The notes under the pieces: generated by a model
Seen by the model: the letters and a program-made list of their open reading frames with translations, nothing else
Database searches by the model: none
What the model was told of the DNA's origin: nothing
Origin: Octopus bimaculoides
Lineage: Eukaryota
Length of the DNA stretch: 64,000 nucleotides
NCBI RefSeq assembly: GCF_001194135.2
Contig: NC_068981.1
Span: 22,585,690-22,649,689, forward strand
Direction: 5' to 3'
Position numbers and translations under genes: made by a program
Shown: in pieces, positions 1-11,350 of the stretch
Layout: each line of letters begins with the position of its first letter
Numbering within the stretch: position 1 is the stretch's first letter

Positions 1-53
1 ATGGTGTATTATTCATGTAGATTTTTAAAATTCTGTACGGGTATATGTCCTTA

Positions 54-54
<1 letters not shown>

Positions 55-100
<46 letters not shown>
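55..100. repeat. (CA)n microsatellite
   Basis: Uninterrupted AC run. It represents many CA/TA/CATG/GATA tracts in the window (e.g. 4255-4540, 22060-22350, 23815-23935, 25845-26030, 46890-46975). Confidence 0.98.
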
Positions 101-103
<3 letters not shown>

Positions 104-444
104 TACACATACATGTGTCAAAATTGGTAATTATCCATCTATTATAACCAGAGGCAATTATATAAGAAATGAAGAGTCCCCAATGCTTTCAGCTGACCTG
201 CTAGATATAGCAGCAGCTAAATACTCCTATTGCTTGGAAAAACAATAAAAGAAGGAAGGATGCACTGGATAACGTAGTCCTAAATTGATTTTCTCAATAT
301 AAGATAAGGTGGCCATGGTAAGAATGTCTGCTTGTTCTGTATTGACTTGGGCTAAGAAGCCTCTATATGTTGATCTATATATTGAAAAGACAGTTTTGTA
401 TCCTGGGTGGGAATATGTAGTCTGTTACTAAATAAGTTGCCCTC

Positions 445-793
445 GGGGTTAGAAGCTTGCTTTGCAACCATTGTGTTTCATGTTCAGTTCCCACTAGGAC
501 AAGTGTCTTCTCTTATAATCCTGAGTCAATCAATGCCTTCTGTGTGAATTTGGTAGATGGTGTGTTGAATCCACTTGTATGTGTGTCTTTGTATCTGTGT
601 TTGCCTCTCCCAACACTTGATAGCTAATGTTAGTTTGTTTATGATCCCGTAACTTAGTAGTTTGACAAAAGAGATTGATAGAATAAATACCAGAGTTAAA
701 ACGAAAACGAAGTACTGAGGTTGATTTATTCAAATAAAATCTTTCAAGGTTGTACCAGCATGGCCAGTTCAATGTCTTAAAACAAGTAAAAGA
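445..793 (+). mobile_element. SINE family B (tRNA-like head, internal TG tract, tail ending GAAACAAGTAAAAGA), diverged copy
   Basis: Head (GGTTCAGTCCCACT...GGCAAGTGTCTTCT) and tail modules recur in more than 20 copies across the window. Confidence 0.8.
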
Positions 794-807
794 AGATATA
801 TATATAT

Positions 808-987
808 AAAAGCACCCACTACACTCTCTGAGTAGTTGGCGTTAGGAAGGGCATCCAGCTGTAGAAACTCTGCCAAATTAGACTGGAGCCTGGAGTTGCC
901 ATCCGGTTTCACCAGTCCTCAGTCAAATCGTCCAACCCATGCTAGCATGGAAAGCGGACGTTAAACGATGATGATGATGATGATGAT
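808..987 (+). mobile_element. Retroposon family A, 3' body with (GAT)n tail
   Basis: AAAAGCACCCACTACACTCTC...GGAAAGCGGACGTTAAACGATGATGAT, near-identical to the copies at 41190, 52200 and 26030 (reverse). Confidence 0.9.
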
Positions 988-1082
988 ATATATAAAGGAA
1001 TTAAAAGTAATGCTATGCTACTTTGTAATAATCCTTGAGCTGGCAGAATTGTTAGCACACTGGACATAAATTATTATTATCA

Positions 1083-1309
1083 TGGCGGCAAGCTGACAGA
1101 ATCGTTACCATGCAGACCAAAATGGTTTGCAGTATTTCGTCCGTCTTTACATTCTGAGTTCAAATTCCACTGAGGTTGACTTTGCCTTTCATCCTTTTGG
1201 AGTCAATTAAATAAGTACTAGTTGAGCACTGGGGTCGATGTAATCGACTTGACGCCTTCCCCCAAATTTAAGGCCTTGTGCTTCCAGTAGAAAGGATTAT
1301 TATTATTAT
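1083..1309 (+). mobile_element. SINE family E (head GGCGGCAAGCTGACAGAATCG, B-box GAGTTCAAATTCC), (ATT)n tail
   Basis: Pol III A/B-box-like head, and central GACTTTGCCTTTCATCCTTT motif shared with the copies at 43906 and 58321. Confidence 0.85.
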
Positions 1310-1984
1310 ACAAGAGTAGATATTAAAACGATGATGCTGATGTTAAACTTTGTGTTTGCGCTAAATAATCGCAGGACTATAATATGAATTGGAGTTCTAA
1401 ATGAAAGCTGTTGCATAATTTAAGTTTTAAATCTTTCTCTCTCTCATATGTATAAATACACACACACACACACAGGGAGAGGCTTTTCAAAGTCAATCGC
1501 AAGGCACTGGTTTGCCTGAGGCTATAGTAGAAAACACATGCTGAAGATGTCAAATAATGGGATTGACCCCCAAACGATATGGCTGGGAAGAGAATTTCTT
1601 AAATTCAGCCTTGCTTGCATACTTGTGCACTCAAACACACCACAACACACATCACCACACACACGCACACACACACACCTCACCACACCTCACCACACAC
1701 ACACACACAGAGGCATATATCCAGTGTGTTCTCATATTGTTCTCCAAATAACCATTCTATATTGATTAGAACTGGGATGTTTCTAAGTTGATATCTGACT
1801 CGGTTATTTATAGAGGAGGAGATAGATGGGTGTTATCTCACATTGCATATTGGTGCTTATTGGTCTAAACTGAAATTTCAATTATATCAGCTATAGTCCT
1901 TATCTACTTTGAATACAACCAAAGAATTATTGTTCTTCCACATCATCCCTTTAATCGTCATCATCGTCATCATGTTCAGGTTTT

Positions 1985-2150
1985 AATGCCAGCAGTTGTT
2001 ACTTTTACAAAAGTCTACCTCTTCATTGCCTCCAATCTTAGATCTGTTTTAACTATCTGACCTCACATTTTCTTCTGCTTCTTTGCTATCTACTCATGGA
2101 GCCAGTACGTGATCTCTTGGTCCACCAGAATAGATAAATCTTTCACAAAT
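1985..2150 (-). mobile_element. Degenerate CR1-like LINE fragment
   Basis: Minus frame KDLSILVDQEITYWLHE*IAKKQKKM*G resembles the CR1 'KDLGVIVD.KL.F..HI...KKA...LG' motif and contains stops. Confidence 0.35.
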
Positions 2151-4097
2151 CATGGCCTACTGCCTTATTCTTTTTATTCTCAGGTTTTTGTTGGAATACA
2201 CTGCCTTTGCTTCAGTTAAGTTTGAAAATAAAGAATTTAGTAAAATTACTTTGTCGTTAAGCTGATGCTTAGAACAAAACGTTTAACATAAAATTCTGAT
2301 AGGTTTCAACTTGGATCACTTTAGAATAGGAAATTTGTATAATAGAAGCAGGGGTGGTCTCAAGTGGATTGATATCAAAAGAGTTAGAGAATTAAAAAAA
2401 TAAAACATAAAAGAAAGATGACATTGGATAGTATACATCCAGTTACAATATTTGGAATGGTCACAGGTGGAATGTCTTTCAACATATATCTATTTACTTC
2501 ATGTTGAGTTAGGGTTAAACACTATCACTTTTTGGTTTCCACCCATTTACCCATCAGGCATCATTCATTCTCAGCATATGATTATCATTGCAATCTTGGT
2601 TTTAATGTCTGTTTTCCCATGTTATCAGGGTTTTGATGAATCTGAAATTGAACAACATCTTCCCATGGAATTTAAACACTGCATAATTTCATAGGGAACC
2701 AGTATTCTTAGTTCACAAATTAACTTTATCTTATTTCTCTCTAACATAAGCAGCTTCCTCTACCAACTACTACTACTTATTTTTTTTCATTTCAACATAC
2801 AACATTCAATTGCATTACCTGTCACTTCTGACATAATACAAGCTTTATAACTATCCCATCTTCATACATACACACTTCCATCTGCCCATCAAACAGCTGA
2901 ATGTTATCCACATCACGCTTGACAGTCTAGAGTTCTGCAAAAGAGCATTACTTCTCTTATGACGAATCTTTATCAAAAATTGCTTTAAAGTCCAGTCACA
3001 TTTTAAAATCAAGTCTGTTTTTAGCATTGTTTATAAGTTAATTTATCACATCCAATATAACCTATCCCATTTGTTCCTTTCCAGTGGCTCCAGATCATTT
3101 TCATTTACTGAACATGGTCATTGTTAATATCCACTTTCCAAGCTGGCATGGGTACCACTGTTTGACATGGCTCTAATGTCATCTTTGGCATGGTTTCTTT
3201 GACTGGATGCACTTTCTAAAGCTTGCCACTTTACAAAATGTACCGGATGCTTTTCATGCCATCAGCATGAATACTAATGAAGCTATTCTTTTTAATAATA
3301 TTAATTATATGGATTTCACAATTGAGCTAATCATCAATGCATGGTTGACAGTCAATTTTTGAGGGAAGATATTAGTCTCAGTTGAAAATGCACCTGAGCT
3401 ATTATCATTGTTTCTGTGAGTTTTCCAATAAATTAAGGTGACAAACTATTTAATGTTTGTATTTTTCTGAGATGAATTTATAGAGAAGTTTGTAACAATT
3501 TTCTTCATCTTGGATATGGTTTTGACATGATTTGATTGGCATTCTTTCCAGTTGTCTCTAGGTAACATCCCTAAGTTATTCCTAACTATCTGATGACGAT
3601 TGGAAAGAATGCTAATTCAAGCATTGTAACAGAAGTGTGGAAAATATTCTGAAAGACAAACATTAACTTTGTCTTTGTTCATTATCAGGTACCATTTAAA
3701 GGTAGCCAGGCTAGATAGAATTAAATGCTTTTACCCATTATACCACATATAAATAGTCTACATATAAGTAACATAAGATAGATGTAAACTCATTAGTGGC
3801 AGTCATATTGGATTAAACTTGGCGCCATTTTACTAGTGTTGATTCTCAGTTACTGTTACATAGACTACTGCTTTTATTTTCCATTGTTTTCACTGAATTT
3901 CTTTGTCTGTAATGGAATCTTAATGATATGCTTTCCTTCTTCACACTATACATGCTTGCCATTCCTGACTTTATAGTTTTCACCTCTGATTTTTAAAGAT
4001 CTTCATATTTCTGCGATTCTAGCTTTTATGCTCTCTCCCTATCTTCTTTCTACAGCTTACCGTAAGAGTACGAGTTTCATATTTTTCTGTTATTAGA

Positions 4098-4625
4098 CAG
4101 ACATGGTTGTGTGGTTAAGAAGGTTGCTATGCAACCATGTGGTTTTGGATCCCATTGTGTTCTACCTTGGGCAAGTGCCTTTCGCTTACTAAAGTCCTGG
4201 GCTTACCAGTGTCTTGAGTGAATTTCGTAGATGGAAACTGTGTGGAAGCCCAACATGTGTGTGCGTGTGCATTTGTATGTGTATGTATAAATGTGTGTAT
4301 GCATGCATGTGTGTGTGTATATATGCATGCATGTGTGTGTTTGTATGTATGCATGCATGTGTGTGTGCATGCATGTGTGTATGCATGTGTGTGTGCATGT
4401 GTGTGCATGCATGTGTTTGTATGCATGTGTGCATATGTGTGTGTATATGCATGTATATATATGTATGTATGTTTGTGTATATGCATGCATGTGAACATAT
4501 ATGTATGTGTATATATAAGCACACATGTATATGTATGTGTTTTTCATCGTTGCGTTTGTCACCCCTCTGCTACTGTTGGTTTGTTTACAACCCCATAACT
4601 TAATATGACAGGAACACGTGAAAGA
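4098..4625 (+). mobile_element. SINE family B with expanded internal (TG/CATG)n tract
   Basis: Head 4098-4250, compound microsatellite 4255-4540, partial tail to about 4625. Confidence 0.75.
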
Positions 4626-5274
4626 TAAAGATAACTCGATTTGTCACAAAAACCCACATAGAACAGAACATTAATAACATAAATTTAATCCTCATTGCAT
4701 TGCTAATAACGAAGACTTTTATTATAGATTTCTTTAAAAAAAAAAGTATTTTTGATTAGACTATTATTCTTGTTATAGATTTATCTATAAAAAGGAATTC
4801 ATGAATGAAACAAAAGCATGAGGAAAGGATAGATTTTCAGGTAAGATGAAATTCGAGATGGTTCTACTTGCTGTTCACTACTCACCTAGTTCTGTCTCAG
4901 GCTACTTACTGATTATCTGTAACCTGTGATACAACAATACCTTCGATATCTTTAGATCAATATAAAAAAATATATATATATAACAATTGATTTCCAATGA
5001 TGTTGGTAAACATTATTTGCTTTTAATATTTATTCATAAATGTACTTTCTGGGAGTTTGTATTTTTAGCTAAATGCACATATTTGCATTGTTTTTGTTGT
5101 CAATACCAGATATAAACACATACACAGACATGCAGACACATGCTAAGAAAAGAGCTGCTATTTGGTTACATCAGCCTACTAGAAATAGCAGCCAAATTTC
5201 CCTAAAATCATACTTGTTAAACTTATGTTCCAAACACCAGCCTAACGATGAAAACATTTTTTAGTAAATTCTTC

Positions 5275-5501
5275 ACTCTTTTCAAAATCATATTTCTGTT
5301 GAAATACAGTCTTTGTTTCAAGTAATTTTGAAAACAAGGAAGAATTTTCTAAAATAATTTTGTCAATATTATGCCAATGTTTAGGAGATAAATTGAACAC
5401 AAAATTCTCATTGAAGGCTTTACTTTAGATCACGTTAAAACAGAAAATTTTTATCGGGACCAAAGGCAGTGTCAGGAAGGTTGGTATCAAAATGGTTAAA
5501 T
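5275..5501 (+). mobile_element. MITE-like family H (TTAA-ended, piggyBac-like termini)
   Basis: Ends GGTTGGTATCAAAATGGTTAA. Related copies lie at about 2190-2395 and 18456-18672 (reverse). The superfamily is inferred from the TTAA/CCCTT-type ends only. Confidence 0.5.
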
Positions 5502-6407
5502 AATCATAGTATACATTGGATAATGCAGTTTTGCATCACCCCTAAAAGAGAAAGGTTGATCATAGCTGGAATATCTTTGGTGCTAGGGCTACTCAGTGAT
5601 GCATGACCTTGGGCTAAATGGCAACATGCAGACAGATGTTCCTGAGGTATGTGTGTAATATGAATCTAAAGGCTGGATACAGATGAAGTGAGGTGGAATG
5701 TGGGTATTGGAGTTATCAGGTGATATATGAGAAGAGTAACTGATATTGTCTGTTGTTAGACTACCATTAGATTGTTGTGAATGGTGGCCAGGATGGATAA
5801 AAGATAGTAAATATTGGATGATAATAAGTAAAGATTAGGAATTACTTGCAACAATACCCTCCTTGCCTTAGAATTGACTAAAACACAAAAACTACCAAAT
5901 GTGCAGGTGCTGCATTAAAAGCCTGTCCGATGCAAGTTAGGTTGAGAGAGAAAAAACTGACATAAGAATGGTAGTGTTGTTAAGGAGTTCACTTTTCAAC
6001 AACGTAGTTCTGGGTTCAGTTCTTCAGTATGATTCTAGGGTGCGTTTGCTATCATAGCCTTGAATTGACTGCTAATGTGGGAGTAACATTTGGTATACAG
6101 AAATGATGCAAAAGCTCATCACATTCATCATCACTTAGCTTCTGTTTTCCATGCTGTCATGGGTTTGATGGTTTGATATATATTTCCATTAAACGTGGAT
6201 GTTCTATTAGTACAAACTACACTGCAGTAGTTACCTTGAGAAAAACTCTCATATTGGCTTTTGGTGCAAAATACACTTTTGTTTATACCACTAGTGGGTC
6301 AGCATGGAAGGTGAATGTTAAACAATGATGATATATATATATATATATATAAGCAAAATAGCTGGTTGTAAAATCTCAAGAAGAGATCAGAGTAGTAACT
6401 ATACTAA

Positions 6408-6541
6408 AAAGTAAAGTTAGTCGCCACATCAAAGTGGTTGTTCCATGTAACCACCAGTAACCAGCTGGCAGACAATCTGCCAGGGGTTAGACTAGTAGTA
6501 ACATGGGGCAGCCACTTTGATGTGGCAACTGACTTTACTTT
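6408..6541. repeat. Fold-back: 44-bp inverted arms with internal hairpin
   Basis: 6408-6451 vs reverse complement of 6498-6541 match at 38/44; inner TAACC-CTGGCAGA-CAA-TCTGCCAG-GGTTA hairpin. Confidence 0.9.
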
Positions 6542-6734
6542 ATATATATATATATTATATATAAAATTTTTACAGTCTTTTCCTTGTAAAACTCAATATG
6601 TATTCTATTAAAAAGTATTGAATGACCCTTCAGTTTAATTCTAAATTATTTCTGTATATAACTTCACACAAACACACACACATATAGACAGACAGATATC
6701 TGTTCAGTTGTGGTTCTAATTTTACAGCAAGTTT

Positions 6735-7061
6735 GTGTGAAGGCGCGTGGCTTAGCGGTTAGGGCATTCGGCTCACAATTGTAAGGTCGTGTGTTCGATT
6801 CCCGGCGACACGTTGTGTCCTTGAGCAAGACACTTTATTTCACGTTGCTCCAGTCCACTCAGCTAGCAAAAATGAGTAGTACCTATATTTCAAAGGGCCG
6901 CCCTTGTCATGCTATGTGTCACGCTGAGTCTCCCTGAGAACTACGTTGGGTGTACACATGTCTGTGGATTGCTCAGTCAGTTGCACGTTAATTTCACGAG
7001 CTGGCTGTTCTGCTGATCGTATCAGCTGGGACCCTCGTCATCGTAACTGACGGAGTGCTCC
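6735..7061 (+). mobile_element. SINE family D (tRNA-derived head, CORE-like middle, tail shared with family C)
   Basis: A-box TGGCTTAGCGG, B-box GTTCGATTCCC, 13-bp TSD TTACAGCAAGTTT (6722-6734 / 7062-7074). Confidence 0.92.
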
Positions 7062-7254
7062 TTACAGCAAGTTTAAAAGGGACACTTACTAACGTGAGGA
7101 TGGGGTATCAAGACTGAGAAGATTCAAATCTATGATGAAATTCATGTTGGTTGAGAATCTGTCACACCAGATCACTCCCACTGCCCTCTGTGTTCAGATC
7201 CTGTTGAGATCAACTTTGTATAAATATGGTTATACACACTTTCTGGATACAATG

Positions 7255-7630
7255 CAGGCATAGCCATTTCATTGAGAAGTTTGTTTCCCAACCACATGGT
7301 CCTGGGTTCAGTCCCATTGCATAGAAACCTTGGGCATATGTCTTCTACAATGGCCCTAGGCTGACCAATGCCTTGTGAGTGAATTTGGTAAATGGAAACT
7401 GAGAGGAAGCCAGTTGTATATATATGTTGGTGTGTGTGTGTGTATTTGTATTGTTGTTGTCCCTCATCATTGTTTGATAACTGGAGTTGTTTTGTTTATG
7501 TCCCTATATTTTAGTAAAAGAGGCCAATAGAATAAGTGCCAGACTTTAAAGCGAATAAGGACTGGGTTGATTTGTTTGACTAAACCCTTGAAGGCTGAGC
7601 CCCAACATAACTACAATCCAATAACTAAAA
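7255..7630 (+). mobile_element. SINE family B, diverged
   Basis: Head, TG tract and tail modules are all recognisable. Confidence 0.75.
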
Positions 7631-8825
7631 CAGATTCTGTGTGTGTGTGTGTGCGTGTGTGTGTGCGCACGTGTGTGTGTGTGTGTATGTGTAAAACTGT
7701 TGAAGTACCTCTCCACTTCTGTTCAAGACAGAAGTCATATTCTTCAGTAGAAATATCTGTAATATTGCCACAGTTCTAACTGATCCGAAGATAAGTTATT
7801 GTTGGTGTGAGGGTTAAGTGAGAGAAAAACTGAATGATAGAGAAGGGGCGTGAGATAGGCTGGATGGGTAAATGGGTAAGAAGTGAGAAAGAGAATGGGG
7901 GGGGGGCTACATTAACTGGATGATTGGATCTGGTGGGGTTGTGAAGAAGGGGGCGGGTGACTGGATGGATGCTGGAATGCGGGGAGGATAAGAGAGAAAG
8001 GGAGAAGGGGAAAGAGAAATGGATAGATTAATTGGATGTTAAGATGCAATGAAGAGACGGAGAAACAGCAGATAAACTGAATGGATGATTCGGTCTGATG
8101 AGAAGTGGGGAGGAAAGGCAGACGAGGTGCGGGAGGGGTAATAGGATGTGTGGAAGGAGGAGAAACAGATAGAAAGAAAAAGAGAAAGAGAGAGAGAGAG
8201 AGAGAGATTAAATCAATCAATGAAGGCCAAAATGTTACTTTGGTAATAAACTGAATATAATGAAGAAGTTGTGTATGTAATGGAAAAATGTATTTTAGAG
8301 GAATTTTATATATAACTGTACAGTGAAGAGAATTATAGCAGGCTGTGTCGATAAGACTCTGACCTCCAGGTCAAAAGACTGACAGCTTTTTCTCCCTGGC
8401 CAAGTCTACTTAACACTTAATGGGAACCAAAACGAATGTTGTTGTTTGCTCCCGGTCAGTGTCTTCAGTTGTGTACGACTGATAAAAATAATTCTGAAGA
8501 TGTATCCTGAAAGTCATCACCAACATCACCATTGTTTTAACGTCCCGGTCCACATTTCCATGCTTGCATGGGGAGGACGGAGTTTATTGAGGCAGATTCT
8601 TTAACAGCTGAACACCCTGCCTGTTGCAAACTCTCACCTGTTTCCAAACAAAGGAATAGATTTTTCTCCTTGGCCAGACATGGTTTTGCAGAATTTGGGA
8701 AAAGAATGACACTGAACGTAATATTTCCTCTTGGCCAGATAAATTTTCATAGAAGATTGGAATGAATGACAACATTTGTACGATGAGGATATTTTCTCAA
8801 AACCGTCACATGATGTCAGCACAAG

Positions 8826-8861
<36 letters not shown>

Positions 8862-10255
8862 GAAAGAGAGAGAGGGACACACACACACACACACACAGTG
8901 GCCTACCAAATTCACTCACAAGGCTTTTATTCGCCTAGAGCTACAGTAAGAAGACACTATTCAAAGTTGCTGAGTTGCAGGACTGAACCAAAAACCATGT
9001 ATTTGAGAAGCAAACTTTTGAATCATGCAGCCAGCTTGCACATCTATACTCACACACACACACATATGTGAAACATTTTAAGGGTCTCCCACCAGCCTCT
9101 TTGTGATTAAACATCTGTTCAGGCCAGAAACTGTATCTTTCAATAGAAATAATGATATTTTTATTTAGTGCCTCAATACCAACTATCTGTCAAGTCTGAA
9201 GATTATAAAGATAATTGTTGATGTGAGGGCTTCATTCTGCATAATCATCATCATCATCATCATCGTCGTCATTTAATGTCTGCTCTCCATGCTGTGGATA
9301 TACAGAATAGAGAGAAACAGGGTAGGAGCAGATAGAGTGTATAGATGTATGACATGACTTTCTGTCAGCAAACCCCCACTATAACCCCCACATTGCCCAG
9401 TGAGAGAAGTATAAGCTATAATGCTGTTAAGACACCTCTGATGCTTGTGGTAGATTTGAACTCAAGACTTACACGATCTAGGTGTTAGTTAAACACCATA
9501 CTTCTCTCAGCCATTTCACCTCTTTTACAGGACAAACATTTTATCACTCAGCTGTTGCAATTCTTTGCCATATGTCAGAATAGAGCAAACAGATGCAGAA
9601 ATGTTAGATAAACATACAAACCAAAGGCATATCTCACCTCTCCCTCTTTCTAACACCACCCCTACCTTTGCTTTCATGATTATTTTCCTTATTGTCTTTA
9701 GTTTGTTTAATCTAAATTAGTCATCCTGTGCGCCACACCTGAGCATTGGAAGCACTACAAGTTTATGGTACCCTGCACATCTCGTGTGAAATAGTCACCC
9801 TTAGCTGGTTTTTTCTTACTTTGTAATTAAAGGCAAATTTAGTGTTACATTTTACTTGCTTCAATCACTGAATACAGCCATGTTGGGGGAACTGCCTTGA
9901 AGGGTTTTAGTTGAACATATCAACCTCTAGCGCTTATATTGTTTTAAGTCTGGTGTTTATTTTATTGGTGGGGCATGACAGACTCAGATGCACGCATGCA
10001 CACACACACACACACACACACACATACTTGTCAGGCTTCCTTCCACACAGTTTATCTTTTACTTGTTTCAGTCACTGAACTGTGGCCATGCTGGGGCACC
10101 AACTTGAAGAATTTTAGTGGAATGAATCAACACCAGTACTTATTTTTAAAGATTGCTACTTTTTTTGTCAGTCCCTTTTGCTGAGTCGCTAAGTTATGGG
10201 AACGTAAACACACCAACACTAGTTGTCAAACGGTGACAGGAGGCAGGCGCGTGCG

Positions 10256-10288
<33 letters not shown>

Positions 10289-10957
10289 GTGTGTGCACAT
10301 GACTGGCTTCTTTCAGTTTCTTCCTCACAAGACTTCAGTCAGTCTGAAGCTACAGTAAAAGGCATTTACCCAAGATGCAATGCAATGGGACTGAACTTGG
10401 AACCATGCCACTGATCCACACCGGCATCTGTAGTTTTCATCTATGAAATCCACTCACAAGGCATTAGCTGGCCTGGAACTACTGTAGAACACACTTTCCC
10501 AAGATGCTGTGCCATGGGACCGAACCTGAATCCACACGGTTGAGAAGCAAAGTTCTTAACTGTGCAGCCATGTACCCATGGTTATATTTTCAACATCACC
10601 CTCACCTCCCGCACACATACATTCATGCACATATATGATTAAAAATGAAAAAGTATTTTACTGTATATAACAATGACTTCATTTTTCTGGAAGAGTTTTA
10701 TGAAAAACACAGATTTTAATAATCCATTTTTATTCTTCCAATCTGTTTTGTTCCTTGATACTTTTACAGATACAATTAAATTACATTCTTTTTACCCCTG
10801 AACAATGCATAGCTCAAAGTAATATGTACTGCAGACAACAGCTAAGCCTAATGATATCTGATAACCTTTCTTGCAGACAACCTGCTAAATATATAACTAA
10901 ATCTCCCTTAAATCACACCTTATCTTATTAAAAAGCAAAAGTCAACATGTGATAGTG

Positions 10958-11350
10958 CTGCTGTTGTTGTTGGCACTCCGTCGCTTACGACGTCGAGGGT
11001 TCCAGTTGATCCGATCAACGGAACAGCCTGCTCGTGAAATTAACGTGCAAGTGGCTGAGCACTCCACAGACACGTGTACTCTTAACGTAGTTCTCGGGGA
11101 TATTCAGCATGACACAGAGTGTGACAAGGCTGGCCCTTTGAATTACAGGTACAACAGAAACAGGAAGTAAGAGTGAGAGAAAGTTGTGGTGAAAGAGTAC
11201 AGCAGGGTTCGCCACCATCCCTGCCGGAGCCTTGTGGAGCTTTAGGTGTTTTCGCTCAATAAACACTCACAACGCCTGGTCTGGGAATCGAAACCACGAT
11301 CCTATGACCGTGAGTCCGCTGCCCTAACCACTGGGTCATTGCGCCTCCAC
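10958..11350 (-). mobile_element. SINE family C, full length, inserted in an older family F repeat
   Basis: tRNA-like head (GTGGAGGCGCAATGACCCAGTGG...GTTTCGATTCCC on minus), (CAA)n tail, perfect 10-bp TSD TGTGATAGTG (10948-10957 / 11351-11360). Confidence 0.95.

Noticed and set aside
2628-2694. GFDESEIEQHLPMEFKHCIIS* as a terminal exon
   Set aside because: The acceptor is plausible, but there is no homology or other support.
3590-3606. CUGAUGA-CGAUUG-GAAA
   Set aside because: Stem II is only 1 bp and there is no stem I/III arrangement with a UH triplet.
6735-6810. Genuine tRNA genes at SINE heads (also 11280-11350, 44591, 47685, 48371)
   Set aside because: A/B boxes are present, but there is no complete cloverleaf or acceptor stem, and each continues into a repeat body.
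8342-8390. GCTGT...GACCT-CC-AGGTC-AAAA...ACAGC as a decayed hammerhead
   Set aside because: It needs several changes to both core strands and lacks a UH cleavage site.
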